This document shows, in pieces, positions 40,512 to 52,514 of a stretch of 64,000 bases of DNA (position 1 is its first letter; the number at the start of each line of letters is the position of its first letter). Below the pieces are notes generated by a model. The model did not search any database. It was not told where the DNA came from and was given only the letters and a program-made list of their open reading frames with translations. The position numbers and the translations under genes are program-made. Location: NCBI RefSeq assembly GCF_988243305.1, contig NZ_OZ547136.1; one strand, written 5' to 3'.

Positions 40512-42101
40512 ATGACGTTGTCTCCTTATTTGCAAGAGGTGGCGAAGCGCCGCACTTTTGCCATTATTTCTCACCCGGACGCCGGTAAGACTACCATCAC
40601 CGAGAAGGTGCTGCTGTTCGGACAGGCCATTCAGACCGCCGGTACAGTAAAAGGCCGTGGTTCCAACCAGCACGCTAAGTCGGACTGGATGGAGATGGAA
40701 AAGCAGCGTGGGATCTCCATTACTACTTCTGTGATGCAGTTTCCGTATCACGATTGCCTGGTTAACCTGCTCGACACCCCGGGGCACGAAGACTTCTCGG
40801 AAGATACCTATCGTACCCTGACGGCGGTGGACTGCTGCCTGATGGTTATCGACGCTGCAAAAGGTGTTGAAGATCGTACCCGTAAGCTGATGGAAGTTAC
40901 CCGTCTGCGCGACACGCCGATCCTTACCTTTATGAACAAACTTGACCGTGATATCCGCGACCCGATGGAGCTGCTCGATGAAGTTGAGAACGAGCTGAAA
41001 ATCGGCTGCGCACCGATCACCTGGCCGATTGGCTGCGGCAAGCTGTTTAAAGGCGTTTACCACCTTTATAAAGATGAAACCTATCTCTATCAGAGCGGTA
41101 AAGGCCACACGATTCAGGAAGTCCGCATTGTTAAAGGGCTGAATAACCCGGATCTCGACGCTGCGGTTGGTGAAGATCTGGCACAGCAGCTACGTGACGA
41201 ACTGGAACTGGTGAAAGGCGCGTCTAACGAGTTCGACAAAGAGCTGTTCCTTGCGGGCGAAATCACTCCGGTATTCTTCGGTACTGCGCTGGGTAACTTC
41301 GGCGTTGATCATATGCTGGATGGCCTGGTGGAGTGGGCCCCTGCGCCGATGCCGCGTCAGACTGATACCCGTACCGTAGAGGCGAGCGAAGACAAATTTA
41401 CAGGCTTCGTATTTAAAATTCAGGCCAACATGGACCCGAAACACCGCGACCGCGTGGCGTTTATGCGTGTGGTGTCCGGTAAATATGAAAAAGGCATGAA
41501 GCTGCGCCAGGTGCGTACTGCGAAAGATGTGGTGATCTCCGACGCGCTGACCTTTATGGCGGGTGACCGTTCGCACGTTGAAGAAGCGTATCCTGGCGAT
41601 ATCCTTGGTCTGCACAACCACGGCACCATTCAGATCGGCGACACCTTTACCCAGGGTGAGATGATGAAGTTCACCGGTATTCCGAACTTCGCACCAGAAC
41701 TGTTCCGTCGTATCCGCCTGAAAGATCCGCTGAAGCAAAAACAGCTGCTTAAAGGGCTGGTACAGCTTTCCGAAGAGGGCGCAGTGCAGGTGTTCCGTCC
41801 GATCTCCAACAACGATCTGATCGTTGGTGCGGTTGGTGTGCTGCAGTTTGATGTGGTGGTAGCGCGTCTGAAGAGCGAATACAACGTTGAAGCAGTGTAT
41901 GAGTCAGTCAACGTTGCCACTGCCCGCTGGGTAGAATGTGCGGACGCGAAGAAATTCGAAGAGTTCAAGCGTAAGAACGAAAGCCAACTGGCGCTTGATG
42001 GCGGCGATAACCTCGCTTACATCGCTACCAGCATGGTCAACCTGCGCCTGGCGCAGGAACGTTATCCGGACGTTCAGTTCCACCAGACCCGCGAGCATTA
42101 A
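40512..42101 (+). CDS. prfC: Peptide chain release factor 3 (RF3) PrfC
   Basis: Start at [28 protein letters not shown] (529 aa), a GTPase. Confidence 0.95.
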
Positions 42102-42493
42102 TTCTTGCCTCCAGGGCGCGGTAGCCGCTGCGCCCTGTCAATTTCCCTTCCTTATTAGCCGCTTACGGAATGTTCTTAAAACATTCACTTTTGCTTATGT
42201 TTTCGCTGATCTCCCGAGCGGTTTCAAAATTGTGATCTATATTTAACAAAGTAATGACATTTCTGGCGGCGTTAAATACCGTTCAATGCGTAGATATCAG
42301 TATCTAAAGCCGTCGATTGTCATTCTACCGATATTAATAACTGATTCAGAGGCTGTAATGGTCGTTATTCATCACCCATCGCTTTTGTGATGGCGACCAT
42401 TGACTTCTGTAGAGGGTGAAGTCTCTCCCTATTCAGCAATGCAACCTCGTGTTGCCAGGCTCAAATTACGAGCAAACATACAGGAATAAATCG

Positions 42494-43099
42494 ATGACTA
42501 TGACAAGACTGAAGATTTCGAAAACTCTGCTGGCTGTAATGTTGACCTCTGCCGTCGCGACCGGCTCTGCCTACGCAGAAAACAACGCGCAGACTACCAA
42601 TGAAAGCGCAGGGCAAAAAGTCGATAGCTCTATGAATAAAGTCGGTAATTTCATGGATGACAGCGCCATCACCGCGAAAGTGAAGGCGGCGCTGGTGGAT
42701 CATGACAACATTAAGAGCACCGATATCTCTGTCAAAACCGATCAAAAAGTCGTGACCCTGAGCGGTTTCGTTGAAAGCCAGGCTCAGGCCGAAGAGGCAG
42801 TGAAAGTGGCGAAAGGCGTTGAAGGGGTGACCTCTGTCAGCGACAAACTGCACGTTCGCGACGCTAAAGAAGGCTCGGTGAAGGGCTACGCGGGTGACAC
42901 CGCCACCACCAGTGAAATCAAAGCCAAACTGCTGGCGGACGATATCGTCCCTTCCCGTCATGTGAAAGTTGAAACCACCGACGGCGTGGTTCAGCTCTCC
43001 GGTACCGTCGATTCCCAGGCACAGAGCGACCGTGCTGAAAGTATCGCCAAAGCGGTAGATGGTGTGAAAAGCGTTAAAAATGATCTGAAAACTAAGTAA
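42494..43099 (+). CDS. osmY: Osmotically inducible periplasmic protein OsmY (two BON domains)
   Basis: Start at [28 protein letters not shown] (201 aa), with AGGA SD upstream. Confidence 0.95.
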
Positions 43100-43225
43100 T
43101 TCGTCGTAATTCGTCCTCCCGAACTTTGTCGGGAGGCGCGATGTGCACCACACTAAAAATATCGCATTGTGTGATTTTCACGCTCATATCAAGCGGTGAC
43201 ATTAACTATGGTAAAGGAGACGCTT

Positions 43226-43387
43226 ATGTTTCGTTGGGGCATCATATTTCTGGTTATCGCGTTAATCGCCGCCGCACTTGGGTTTGGTGGTCTGGCCGGT
43301 ACCGCTGCAGGCGCAGCTAAAATTGTCTTTGTCGTCGGGATTATTCTGTTCCTGGTGAGTTTGTTCATGGGCCGAAAACGACCCTAG
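43226..43387 (+). CDS. ytjA: DUF1328 small membrane protein YtjA (53 aa)
   Basis: [53 protein letters not shown]. Confidence 0.85.
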
Positions 43388-43508
43388 ATTTCAGACCATT
43401 AAGAAAATTTTATCCAAAGCCAGTCCAGCGGACTGGCTTTTGCGGTTTTAGCGAATAATAAATTGCGTTACTTTGTCATTCTTTCACAACAAAAACAGGA
43501 AGGCAGAG

Positions 43509-44582
43509 GTGGGGCAGCGAATACCTGTAACGCTTGGTAATATTGCGCCGTTGTCGCTAAGGCCGTTCCAGCCTGGACGAATAGCTCTGGTGTGCGAAGG
43601 CGGCGGACAGCGTGGAATTTTCACGGCTGGCGTGCTGGATGAGTTTATGCGCGCGCAGTTTAATCCTTTCGATCTTTATCTCGGCACATCTGCCGGGGCG
43701 CAGAACCTCTCGGCGTATATCTGCAATCAGCCCGGTTACGCGCGCAAAGTCATCATGCGCTATACCACAAAACGCGAATTTTTCGATCCATTGCGCTTTG
43801 TCCGTGGAGGAAATCTTATCGATCTCGACTGGCTGGTGGAGGCCACCGCAAGCCAGATGCCGTTGCAAATGGATACCGCCGCGCGGTTGTTTGACAGCGG
43901 CAAATCGTTTTATATGTGCGCCTGTCGTCAGGATGACTATGCGCCGAATTACTTTTTACCAACCAAACAAAACTGGCTGGATGTGATTCGCGCCTCCAGT
44001 GCGATCCCTGGCTTTTATCGTAGCGGAGTGTCGCTGGAAGGCATTAACTACCTGGATGGCGGGATCAGTGATGCGATTCCGGTTAAAGAGGCGGCAAGGC
44101 AGGGAGCAAAAACCTTGGTCGTCATCCGCACCGTGCCGTCGCAAATGTACTACACGCCGCAGTGGTTCAAACGCATGGAACGCTGGCTGGGTGACAGTAG
44201 CCTGCAGCCGCTGGTCAATCTGGTGCAGCATCATGAAACCAGCTATCGTGACATTCAGCAATTTATTGAGAAACCACCGGGCAAGCTGCGGATATTCGAA
44301 ATTTATCCGCCGAAGCCATTACATAGTATCGCGCTTGGCAGTCGGATTCCGGCGCTGCGTGAAGACTATAAACTTGGGCGTTTATGCGGTCGTTATTTCC
44401 TCGCCACGGTCGGTAAATTATTGACTGAAAAAGCGCCGCTTACCCGCCATCTGGTGCCAGTGGTGACGCCGGAATCGATCGTTATTCCGCCTGCGCCAGT
44501 CGCCAACGATACGCTGGTTGCCGAAGTGAGCGATGCTCCGCAGGCGAACGACCCGACATTTAACAATGAGGATCTGGCTTGA
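43509..44582 (+). CDS. yjjU: Patatin-like phospholipase family protein YjjU
   Basis: GTG start giving MGQRIPVTLGNIAPLS... (357 aa). GGGQRG and GTSAG patatin motifs. Confidence 0.85.
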   Translation: MGQRIPVTLGNIAPLSLRPFQPGRIALVCEGGGQRGIFTAGVLDEFMRAQFNPFDLYLGTSAGAQNLSAYICNQPGYARKVIMRYTTKREFFDPLRFVRGGNLIDLDWLVEATASQMPLQMDTAARLFDSGKSFYMCACRQDDYAPNYFLPTKQNWLDVIRASSAIPGFYRSGVSLEGINYLDGGISDAIPVKEAARQGAKTLVVIRTVPSQMYYTPQWFKRMERWLGDSSLQPLVNLVQHHETSYRDIQQFIEKPPGKLRIFEIYPPKPLHSIALGSRIPALREDYKLGRLCGRYFLATVGKLLTEKAPLTRHLVPVVTPESIVIPPAPVANDTLVAEVSDAPQANDPTFNNEDLA

Positions 44583-45358
44583 TTTGCCGTTTTATCGACA
44601 CCCACTGCCATTTTGATTTCCCGCCGTTTAGTGGCGATGAAGAGTCCAGCCTGCAACGCGCGGCACAAGCGGGCGTAGGCAAGATCATTGTTCCGTCAAC
44701 CGAGGCGGAAAATTTTGCCCGCGTGCAGGCGTTAGCGGAAAAATATCAACCGCTGTATGCCGCATTGGGCTTGCATCCTGGTATGTTGGAAAAACATAGC
44801 GATGTGTCTCTTGATCAGCTACAGCAGGCGCTGGAAAGGCATCCGGCGAAGGTGGTAGCGGTGGGGGAGATCGGCCTGGATCTCTTTGGCGACGATCCGC
44901 AATTTGAGAGGCAGCAGTGGTTACTCGACGAACAACTGAAACTGGCGAAACGCTACGATCTGCCGGTGATCCTGCATTCACGGCGCACACACGACAAACT
45001 GGCGATGCATCTTAAACTCCACGATTTGCCGCGCTCTGGCGTGGTTCATGGTTTTTCCGGCAGCCTGCAACAGGCCGAACGGTTTGTACAGCTGGGCTAC
45101 AAAATCGGCGTAGGCGGTACTATCACCTATCCACGCGCCAGTAAAACCCGCGATGTCATCGCAAAATTACCGCTGGCATCGTTGTTGCTGGAAACCGACG
45201 CGCCGGATATGCCGCTCAACGGTTTTCAGGGGCAGCCTAACCGCCCGGAACAGGCCGCGCGGGTGTTTGACGTGCTTTGCGAGTTGCGTCCGGAACCAGC
45301 GGATGAGATTGCGCAAGCGTTGCTAAATAATACGTATACGTTGTTTAACGTGCCGTAG
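44579..45358 (+). CDS. yjjV: TatD-family metal-dependent deoxyribonuclease YjjV
   Basis: 259-aa ORF with the HCHFD motif; overlaps the yjjU stop by 4 nt. Confidence 0.9.
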   Translation: MICRFIDTHCHFDFPPFSGDEESSLQRAAQAGVGKIIVPSTEAENFARVQALAEKYQPLYAALGLHPGMLEKHSDVSLDQLQQALERHPAKVVAVGEIGLDLFGDDPQFERQQWLLDEQLKLAKRYDLPVILHSRRTHDKLAMHLKLHDLPRSGVVHGFSGSLQQAERFVQLGYKIGVGGTITYPRASKTRDVIAKLPLASLLLETDAPDMPLNGFQGQPNRPEQAARVFDVLCELRPEPADEIAQALLNNTYTLFNVP

Positions 45359-45360
45359 GC

Positions 45361-45445
45361 CGGACAAGGCGTTCACGCCGCATCCGGCAGTTGGCGCACA
45401 ATGTCTGATGCGACGCTTGACGCGTCTTATCAGACCTACAAGTCT
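45361..45445. repeat. REP (repetitive extragenic palindromic) element(s)
   Basis: CGGACAAGGCGTTCACGCCGCATCCGGCA ... GCCGTATCCGGCATG are canonical REP-type palindromes between convergent yjjV and yjjW. Confidence 0.55.
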
Positions 45446-45474
45446 GTGCCGAACCATAGGCCGTATCCGGCATG

Positions 45475-46338
45475 TTACAAATACAGCGCCGGGAATATTA
45501 AGCGGCTCACCCCGCGCTCCCGTAACGCATCAGCCAACGGCTCAACGTCTTCCGGCGTGGCGCTCGCCCAGCTTTGCGCCTCGCCATACACGCCGTGGGC
45601 ATGAAACGCGTTCAGGCGTACCGGAACATCGCCGACTCCCTTGATAAACGCCGCCAGTTCTTCGATGTGTTGCAAATAATCCACCTGGCCAGGGATTACC
45701 AGCAAACGCAGTTCCGCCAGCTTACCGCGCTCTGCCAGCAAACAGATGCTGCGCTTAATCTGCTGATTATCGCGTCCGGTTAATTGCTGATGACATTCGC
45801 TCCCCCACGCTTTGAGATCGAGCATTGCGCCGTCGCACACCGGGAGCAATTTTTCCCAGCCGGTTTCGCTCAACATACCGTTACTGTCCACCAGACAGGT
45901 GAGATGGCACAATTGCGGATCGTTTTTGATGGCAGTAAACAGCGCCATCACAAACGGCAGCTGGGTCGTGGCTTCGCCGCCGCTTACCGTTATCCCTTCG
46001 ATAAACAGCACTGCTTTGCGGATATGACGAAGCACTTCGTCCACGCTCATCAATTGCGCCATCGGCGTGGCGTGTTGTGGACACATCTTCAGGCAGGTAT
46101 CGCACTGCTCGCAGACTACAGCGTTCCACGCCACTTTGCCGTCAACAATCTGCAACGCCTGATGCGGACACTGTGGCACGCACTCCCCGCAATCATTGCA
46201 ACGTCCCATCGTCCACGGATTGTGACAGTTTTTGCAGCGCAGATTGCAGCCCTGCAAAAACAGAGCCAGACGACTGCCTGGCCCGTCAACGCAGGAGAAG
46301 GGGATAATCTTACTGACTAAAGCGCATCTGCTGTTCAT
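45475..46338 (-). CDS. yjjW: Glycyl-radical-enzyme activating enzyme-like radical SAM protein YjjW
   Basis: 287-aa ORF with the CxxxCxxC radical-SAM motif plus ferredoxin-like Cys clusters. Confidence 0.9.
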   Translation of the reverse strand: MNSRCALVSKIIPFSCVDGPGSRLALFLQGCNLRCKNCHNPWTMGRCNDCGECVPQCPHQALQIVDGKVAWNAVVCEQCDTCLKMCPQHATPMAQLMSVDEVLRHIRKAVLFIEGITVSGGEATTQLPFVMALFTAIKNDPQLCHLTCLVDSNGMLSETGWEKLLPVCDGAMLDLKAWGSECHQQLTGRDNQQIKRSICLLAERGKLAELRLLVIPGQVDYLQHIEELAAFIKGVGDVPVRLNAFHAHGVYGEAQSWASATPEDVEPLADALRERGVSRLIFPALYL

Positions 46339-47860
46339 GGCTTATCACGCGCGGCTGGCGTTCCAGAATACGAGTGTTGCGTGCGGCCTCTTCGCCCAGC
46401 CAGGTGGTGTTGGTGCGTGAACCTTCGGCGCGATATTTTTCTAAATCCGACAAACGCACCATATAACCGGTAACGCGAACCAGATCGTTACCGCTGACAT
46501 TGGCGGTAAATTCACGCATTCCGGCTTTAAAGGCACCGAGGCAAAGCTGTACCAGCGCCTGCGGGTTACGTTTGATGGTTTCGTCGAGCGTCAGAATGTC
46601 GCTGATGCCGGAATAATAATAAGCATGATGCGGGGCGACAGTTTGCAGATGGGTGATCGGATCTGGCTCATCGCCATACGGCAAACGCGCGCCCGGCGTG
46701 GTGCCGATATCGGAACTGATCCCCGACTGTGCGTGTAACATGGCGCGTTTTTGCCAGCCATATTTCACGGGGGTATTGGCGACAAACTCCGCCAGTTGCG
46801 CGCTGATGCGATAACCCACTTCATTTGCGGCGGCTTCTTTACCGTAGCGCGCGGCAATCCCTTCTTTCTCACACAGTAAGTTAACTGCTTCCGCCAGCCC
46901 ATACATGCCAAACATTGGCACAAAACGTTCAGGGTTAATCAGCCCTTCTTTCACCAGGAAGCTATTCTCAAAGAAGTGTGATTGTTGATAGAGGAATTCA
47001 CACCGCGCATCGATGATGGCGATCTGCTGCTGGCAGTAGTGCGGTAGAGTGCGCGTAAAGAAGTCATCCAGCGATTCGCTGCGCTCGGCAATGGCTTTCA
47101 GGTTAAGGCGTACCAGCGTGCTGCCACCACCCGCCAGCGGCAGTGAGTTGTAACAGCTCACAATCCCGTAGCCCCCTTTTGTGAAAATTTTATCATGCAC
47201 CGGACCGTTGGCGATGTGCGGTTTGCTACATTCACAGATGTTCTTCGCCACTTCCAGCAGCAGGTCATCAGGGGTGATTTCAGGATCGTAGATAAAGGTC
47301 AGGTTCGGTGAAACCTGCTTCAGCTCTGCATCTGCACGTAAGATTGCACGGGTGATGGGCGAATCAGACGGGCCGATATTGGCGTGCATAAAGGCGTCTG
47401 GCAGGGTTCTGTCGAGGTAACGCCAGAAACGTTTTATTCGAATATCGATCTCGTCTTGTGTTAGAATTCTAACATACGGTTGCAACAACGCATCCAGTTG
47501 CCCCAGGTAGACCGGCATCGATGTGACCGACGGTACGTGGTGGTAAAGAATGGTCAGCAGAGAGAGTGCATCATCAAGATCTTTCGCGCCTTCCAGCTCC
47601 AGCCATTCGGAACCGTTCGCCAGAAAACGGGCGTAATCGGGTAAGACATAGCGCGGTTTGTACGGCGCATGACCTTCAAACATATCGCAGATTACACCCT
47701 CATCCAGCGCGCGGCGGGCTTCGGCAGGAAGCTGCGGATAAGGCAGATTGTTTTCTGCTTCCAGTGCCAGAAAATGGCGCTTCTGCTCCGGGCTAAGCAC
47801 TGGGCTGGTGACAATTTGCAGGCAACGTTGTTGCAGTGCATTTTCATGAGAAGTGGGCAT
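46310..47860 (-). CDS. yjjI: DUF3029 glycine-radical-enzyme-like protein YjjI
   Basis: 516-aa ORF matches recalled YjjI; overlaps yjjW by 29 nt. Confidence 0.9.
   Translation of the reverse strand: MPTSHENALQQRCLQIVTSPVLSPEQKRHFLALEAENNLPYPQLPAEARRALDEGVICDMFEGHAPYKPRYVLPDYARFLANGSEWLELEGAKDLDDALSLLTILYHHVPSVTSMPVYLGQLDALLQPYVRILTQDEIDIRIKRFWRYLDRTLPDAFMHANIGPSDSPITRAILRADAELKQVSPNLTFIYDPEITPDDLLLEVAKNICECSKPHIANGPVHDKIFTKGGYGIVSCYNSLPLAGGGSTLVRLNLKAIAERSESLDDFFTRTLPHYCQQQIAIIDARCEFLYQQSHFFENSFLVKEGLINPERFVPMFGMYGLAEAVNLLCEKEGIAARYGKEAAANEVGYRISAQLAEFVANTPVKYGWQKRAMLHAQSGISSDIGTTPGARLPYGDEPDPITHLQTVAPHHAYYYSGISDILTLDETIKRNPQALVQLCLGAFKAGMREFTANVSGNDLVRVTGYMVRLSDLEKYRAEGSRTNTTWLGEEAARNTRILERQPRVISHEQQMRFSQ
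47458..47473. promoter_or_regulatory. DeoR operator-like perfect palindrome TGTTAGAATTCTAACA (candidate deo O1 / P1 region)
   Basis: Perfect 16-bp palindrome matching the DeoR operator consensus, exactly 600 bp upstream of a second copy. Lies inside the yjjI coding region. Confidence 0.55.
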
Positions 47861-48057
47861 CTTCTTTTCCTTTTATGCCGAAGGTGATGCGCCATTGTAA
47901 GAAGTTTCGTGATGTTCACTTTGATCCTGATGCGTTTGCCACCACTGACGCATTCATTTGAAAGTGAATTATTTGAACCAGATCTCATTACAGTGATGCA
48001 AACTTGTAAGTAGATTTCCTTAATTGTGATGTATATCGAAGTGTGTTGCGGAGTAGA

Positions 48058-48073
48058 TGTTAGAATACTAACA
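48058..48073. promoter_or_regulatory. DeoR operator-like palindrome TGTTAGAATACTAACA (candidate deo O2 / P2 region)
   Basis: 15 of 16 positions match the DeoR palindrome; about 45 nt upstream of the deoC start. Confidence 0.55.
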
Positions 48074-48117
48074 AACTCGCAAGGTGAATTTTATTGGCGA
48101 CAAGCCAGGAGAATGAA

Positions 48118-48897
48118 ATGACTGATCTGAAAGCAAGCAGCCTGCGTGCACTGAAATTGATGGACCTGACCACCCTGAATGACGACGACACCGACGAGAA
48201 AGTGATCGCCCTGTGTCATCAGGCCAAAACTCCGGTCGGCAATACCGCCGCTATCTGTATCTATCCTCGCTTTATCCCAATTGCTCGCAAAACGCTGAAA
48301 GAGCAGGGCACCCCGGAAATCCGTATCGCTACGGTAACTAACTTCCCACACGGTAACGATGACATCGACATCGCGCTGGCAGAAACCCGTGCGGCAATCG
48401 CCTACGGTGCCGATGAAGTTGACGTAGTGTTCCCGTACCGTGCGCTGATGGCGGGTAACGAGCAGGTTGGTTTTGACCTAGTGAAAGCCTGTAAAGAGGC
48501 TTGCGCTGCGGCTAACGTACTGCTGAAAGTGATCATCGAAACCGGAGAACTGAAAGACGAAGCGCTGATCCGTAAAGCGTCTGAAATCTCCATCAAAGCG
48601 GGTGCTGACTTCATCAAAACCTCTACCGGTAAAGTGGCAGTGAACGCGACGCCGGAAAGCGCGCGCATCATGATGGAAGTGATCCGTGATATGGGCGTAG
48701 AAAAAACCGTTGGTTTCAAACCGGCGGGCGGCGTGCGTACTGCGGAAGATGCGCAGAAATATCTCGCCATCGCCGATGAACTGTTCGGCGCTGACTGGGC
48801 CGATGCGCGTCACTACCGCTTTGGCGCTTCCAGCCTGCTGGCAAGCCTGCTGAAGGCTCTGGGCCACGGCGACGGTAAGAGCGCCAGCAGCTACTAA
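48118..48897 (+). CDS. deoC: Deoxyribose-phosphate aldolase DeoC
   Basis: Start at [24 protein letters not shown] (259 aa). Confidence 0.95.
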
Positions 48898-48974
48898 GGC
48901 TTGATTTGCCGGATGACGCAGCGATGCTCATCCGGTTCCCCGATTACCTCGTCTCTTTTCCACGGGAGGTTACC

Positions 48975-50297
48975 TTGTTTCTCGCACAAGAAATTATTCG
49001 TAAAAAACGTGATGGTCATGCGCTGAGCGATGAAGAAATTCGTTTCTTTATCAACGGCATTCGCGACAACACTATCTCCGAAGGGCAGATTGCCGCCCTC
49101 GCGATGACCATTTTCTTCCACGATATGACAATGCCTGAGCGTGTCTCGCTGACGATGGCGATGCGAGATTCAGGAACCGTTCTCGACTGGAAAAGCCTGC
49201 ATCTGAATGGCCCGATTGTTGATAAACATTCCACCGGCGGCGTCGGCGATGTCACTTCGCTGATGTTGGGGCCGATGGTTGCAGCCTGCGGCGGCTATAT
49301 TCCGATGATCTCCGGTCGCGGCCTCGGTCATACTGGCGGTACGCTCGACAAACTGGAATCCATCCCTGGCTTCGACATTTTCCCGGATGACAACCGTTTC
49401 CGCGAAATTATTAAAGACGTCGGCGTGGCGATTATCGGCCAGACCAGCTCACTGGCTCCGGCGGATAAACGTTTCTACGCGACCCGTGATATTACCGCAA
49501 CCGTGGACTCCATCCCGCTGATCACTGCCTCGATCCTGGCGAAGAAACTGGCGGAAGGTCTGGATGCGCTGGTGATGGACGTGAAAGTGGGTAGTGGTGC
49601 ATTTATGCCGACCTACGAACTCTCTGAAGCCCTTGCCGAAGCGATTGTTGGCGTAGCTAACGGCGCGGGCGTGCGCACCACCGCGCTGCTCACCGATATG
49701 AATCAGGTACTGGCCTCCAGTGCAGGTAACGCGGTTGAGGTTCGTGAAGCAGTGCAGTTCCTGACGGGAGAATATCGTAACCCGCGTCTGTTTGATGTCA
49801 CGATGGCGCTGTGCGTGGAGATGCTGATCTCCGGCAAACTGGCGAAAGATGACGCCGAAGCGCGCGCGAAATTGCAGGCGGTGCTGGACAACGGTAAAGC
49901 GGCAGAAGTCTTTGGTCGTATGGTAGCGGCACAAAAAGGCCCGACTGACTTCGTTGAGAACTACGCGAAGTATCTGCCGACAGCGATGCTGACGAAAGCA
50001 GTCTATGCTGATACCGAAGGTTTTGTCAGTGAAATGGATACCCGTGCGTTGGGGATGGCAGTGGTTGCAATGGGCGGCGGACGCCGTCAGGCATCTGACA
50101 CCATCGATTACAGCGTCGGCTTTACTGATATGGCGCGTCTGGGCGACCAGGTAGACGGTCAGCGTCCGCTGGCGGTTATCCACGCGAAAGACGAAAACAG
50201 CTGGCAGGAAGCGGCGAAAGCGGTGAAAGCGGCAATTAAACTTGCCGATAAAGCACCGGAAAGCACACCAACTGTCTATCGTCGTATCAGTGAATAA
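48975..50297 (+). CDS. deoA: Thymidine phosphorylase DeoA
   Basis: TTG start giving [17 protein letters not shown] (440 aa), with GGGAGG SD upstream. Confidence 0.92.
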
Positions 50298-50327
50298 CGG
50301 TATACTGATCTGATCATTTAAATTTGA

Positions 50328-51572
<1,245 letters not shown>

Positions 51573-51628
51573 TGGATTTGGGCGGAGCGTTGACTCCGCC
51601 TTTGTTATGTCACAAAAAGGATAAAACA

Positions 51629-52348
51629 ATGGCTACTCCACACATTAATGCAGAAATGGGCGATTTCGCTGACGTAGTTTTGATGCCAGGCGACCCGCTG
51701 CGTGCGAAGTATATTGCTGAAACTTTCCTTGAAGATGCCCGTGAAGTGAACAACGTTCGCGGTATGCTGGGCTTCACCGGTACTTACAAAGGCCGCAAAA
51801 TTTCCGTAATGGGTCACGGTATGGGTATCCCGTCCTGCTCCATCTACACCAAAGAACTGATCACCGATTTCGGCGTGAAGAAAATTATCCGCGTAGGCTC
51901 CTGTGGCGCTGTTCTGCCACACGTAAAACTGCGCGACGTCGTTATCGGTATGGGTGCCTGCACCGATTCCAAAGTTAACCGCATCCGTTTTAAAGACCAT
52001 GACTTTGCCGCTATCGCTGACTTTGACATGGTGCGTAACGCAGTAGATGCAGCTAAAGCACTGGGCATTGATGCTCGCGTTGGTAACCTGTTCTCCGCTG
52101 ACCTGTTCTACTCTCCGGACGGCGAAATGTTCGACGTGATGGAAAAATACGGCATCCTCGGCGTGGAAATGGAAGCGGCTGGTATCTACGGCGTCGCTGC
52201 AGAATTTGGCGCGAAAGCCCTGACCATCTGCACCGTGTCTGACCACATCCGTACTCACGAGCAGACCACTGCCGCTGAGCGTCAGACCACCTTCAACGAC
52301 ATGATCAAAATCGCACTGGAATCCGTTCTGCTGGGCGATAAAGAGTAA
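51629..52348 (+). CDS. deoD: Purine nucleoside phosphorylase DeoD
   Basis: Start at [34 protein letters not shown] (239 aa). Confidence 0.95.
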
Positions 52349-52380
52349 TTGTGTTTCGCTGAAAGGCGAACGTCGTGTTA

Positions 52381-52413
52381 AGCCGGAGTGGGAGACCGCT
52401 CCGGCTTTTTATT
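52381..52413 (+). terminator. Rho-independent terminator of the deo operon
   Basis: AGCCGGAG-loop-CTCCGGCT followed by TTTTTATT, about 30 nt after the deoD stop. Confidence 0.65.
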
Positions 52414-52514
52414 ATCTATTCATTTCTCTCTCCAGCTTGAATATTTTCGCTATACTTTTCAGTGAAATGTGTTAATAAATCTATTCAAGTATCTATTCAC
52501 GAATCTATTCATTA
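52414..52514 (+). promoter_or_regulatory. Array of ATCTATTCA direct repeats (4 copies; the last 3 tandem at 12-bp spacing) abutting the yjjJ start codon
   Basis: Copies at about 52414, 52479, 52491 and 52503. No recognisable Shine-Dalgarno lies between the last repeat and the ATG. Confidence 0.35.

Noticed and set aside
43100-43140. Hairpin CCTCCCGAACTTTGTCGGGAGG after osmY, considered as a rho-independent terminator
   Set aside because: Good stem, but no following T-tract in the sequence as read; left unannotated as uncertain.
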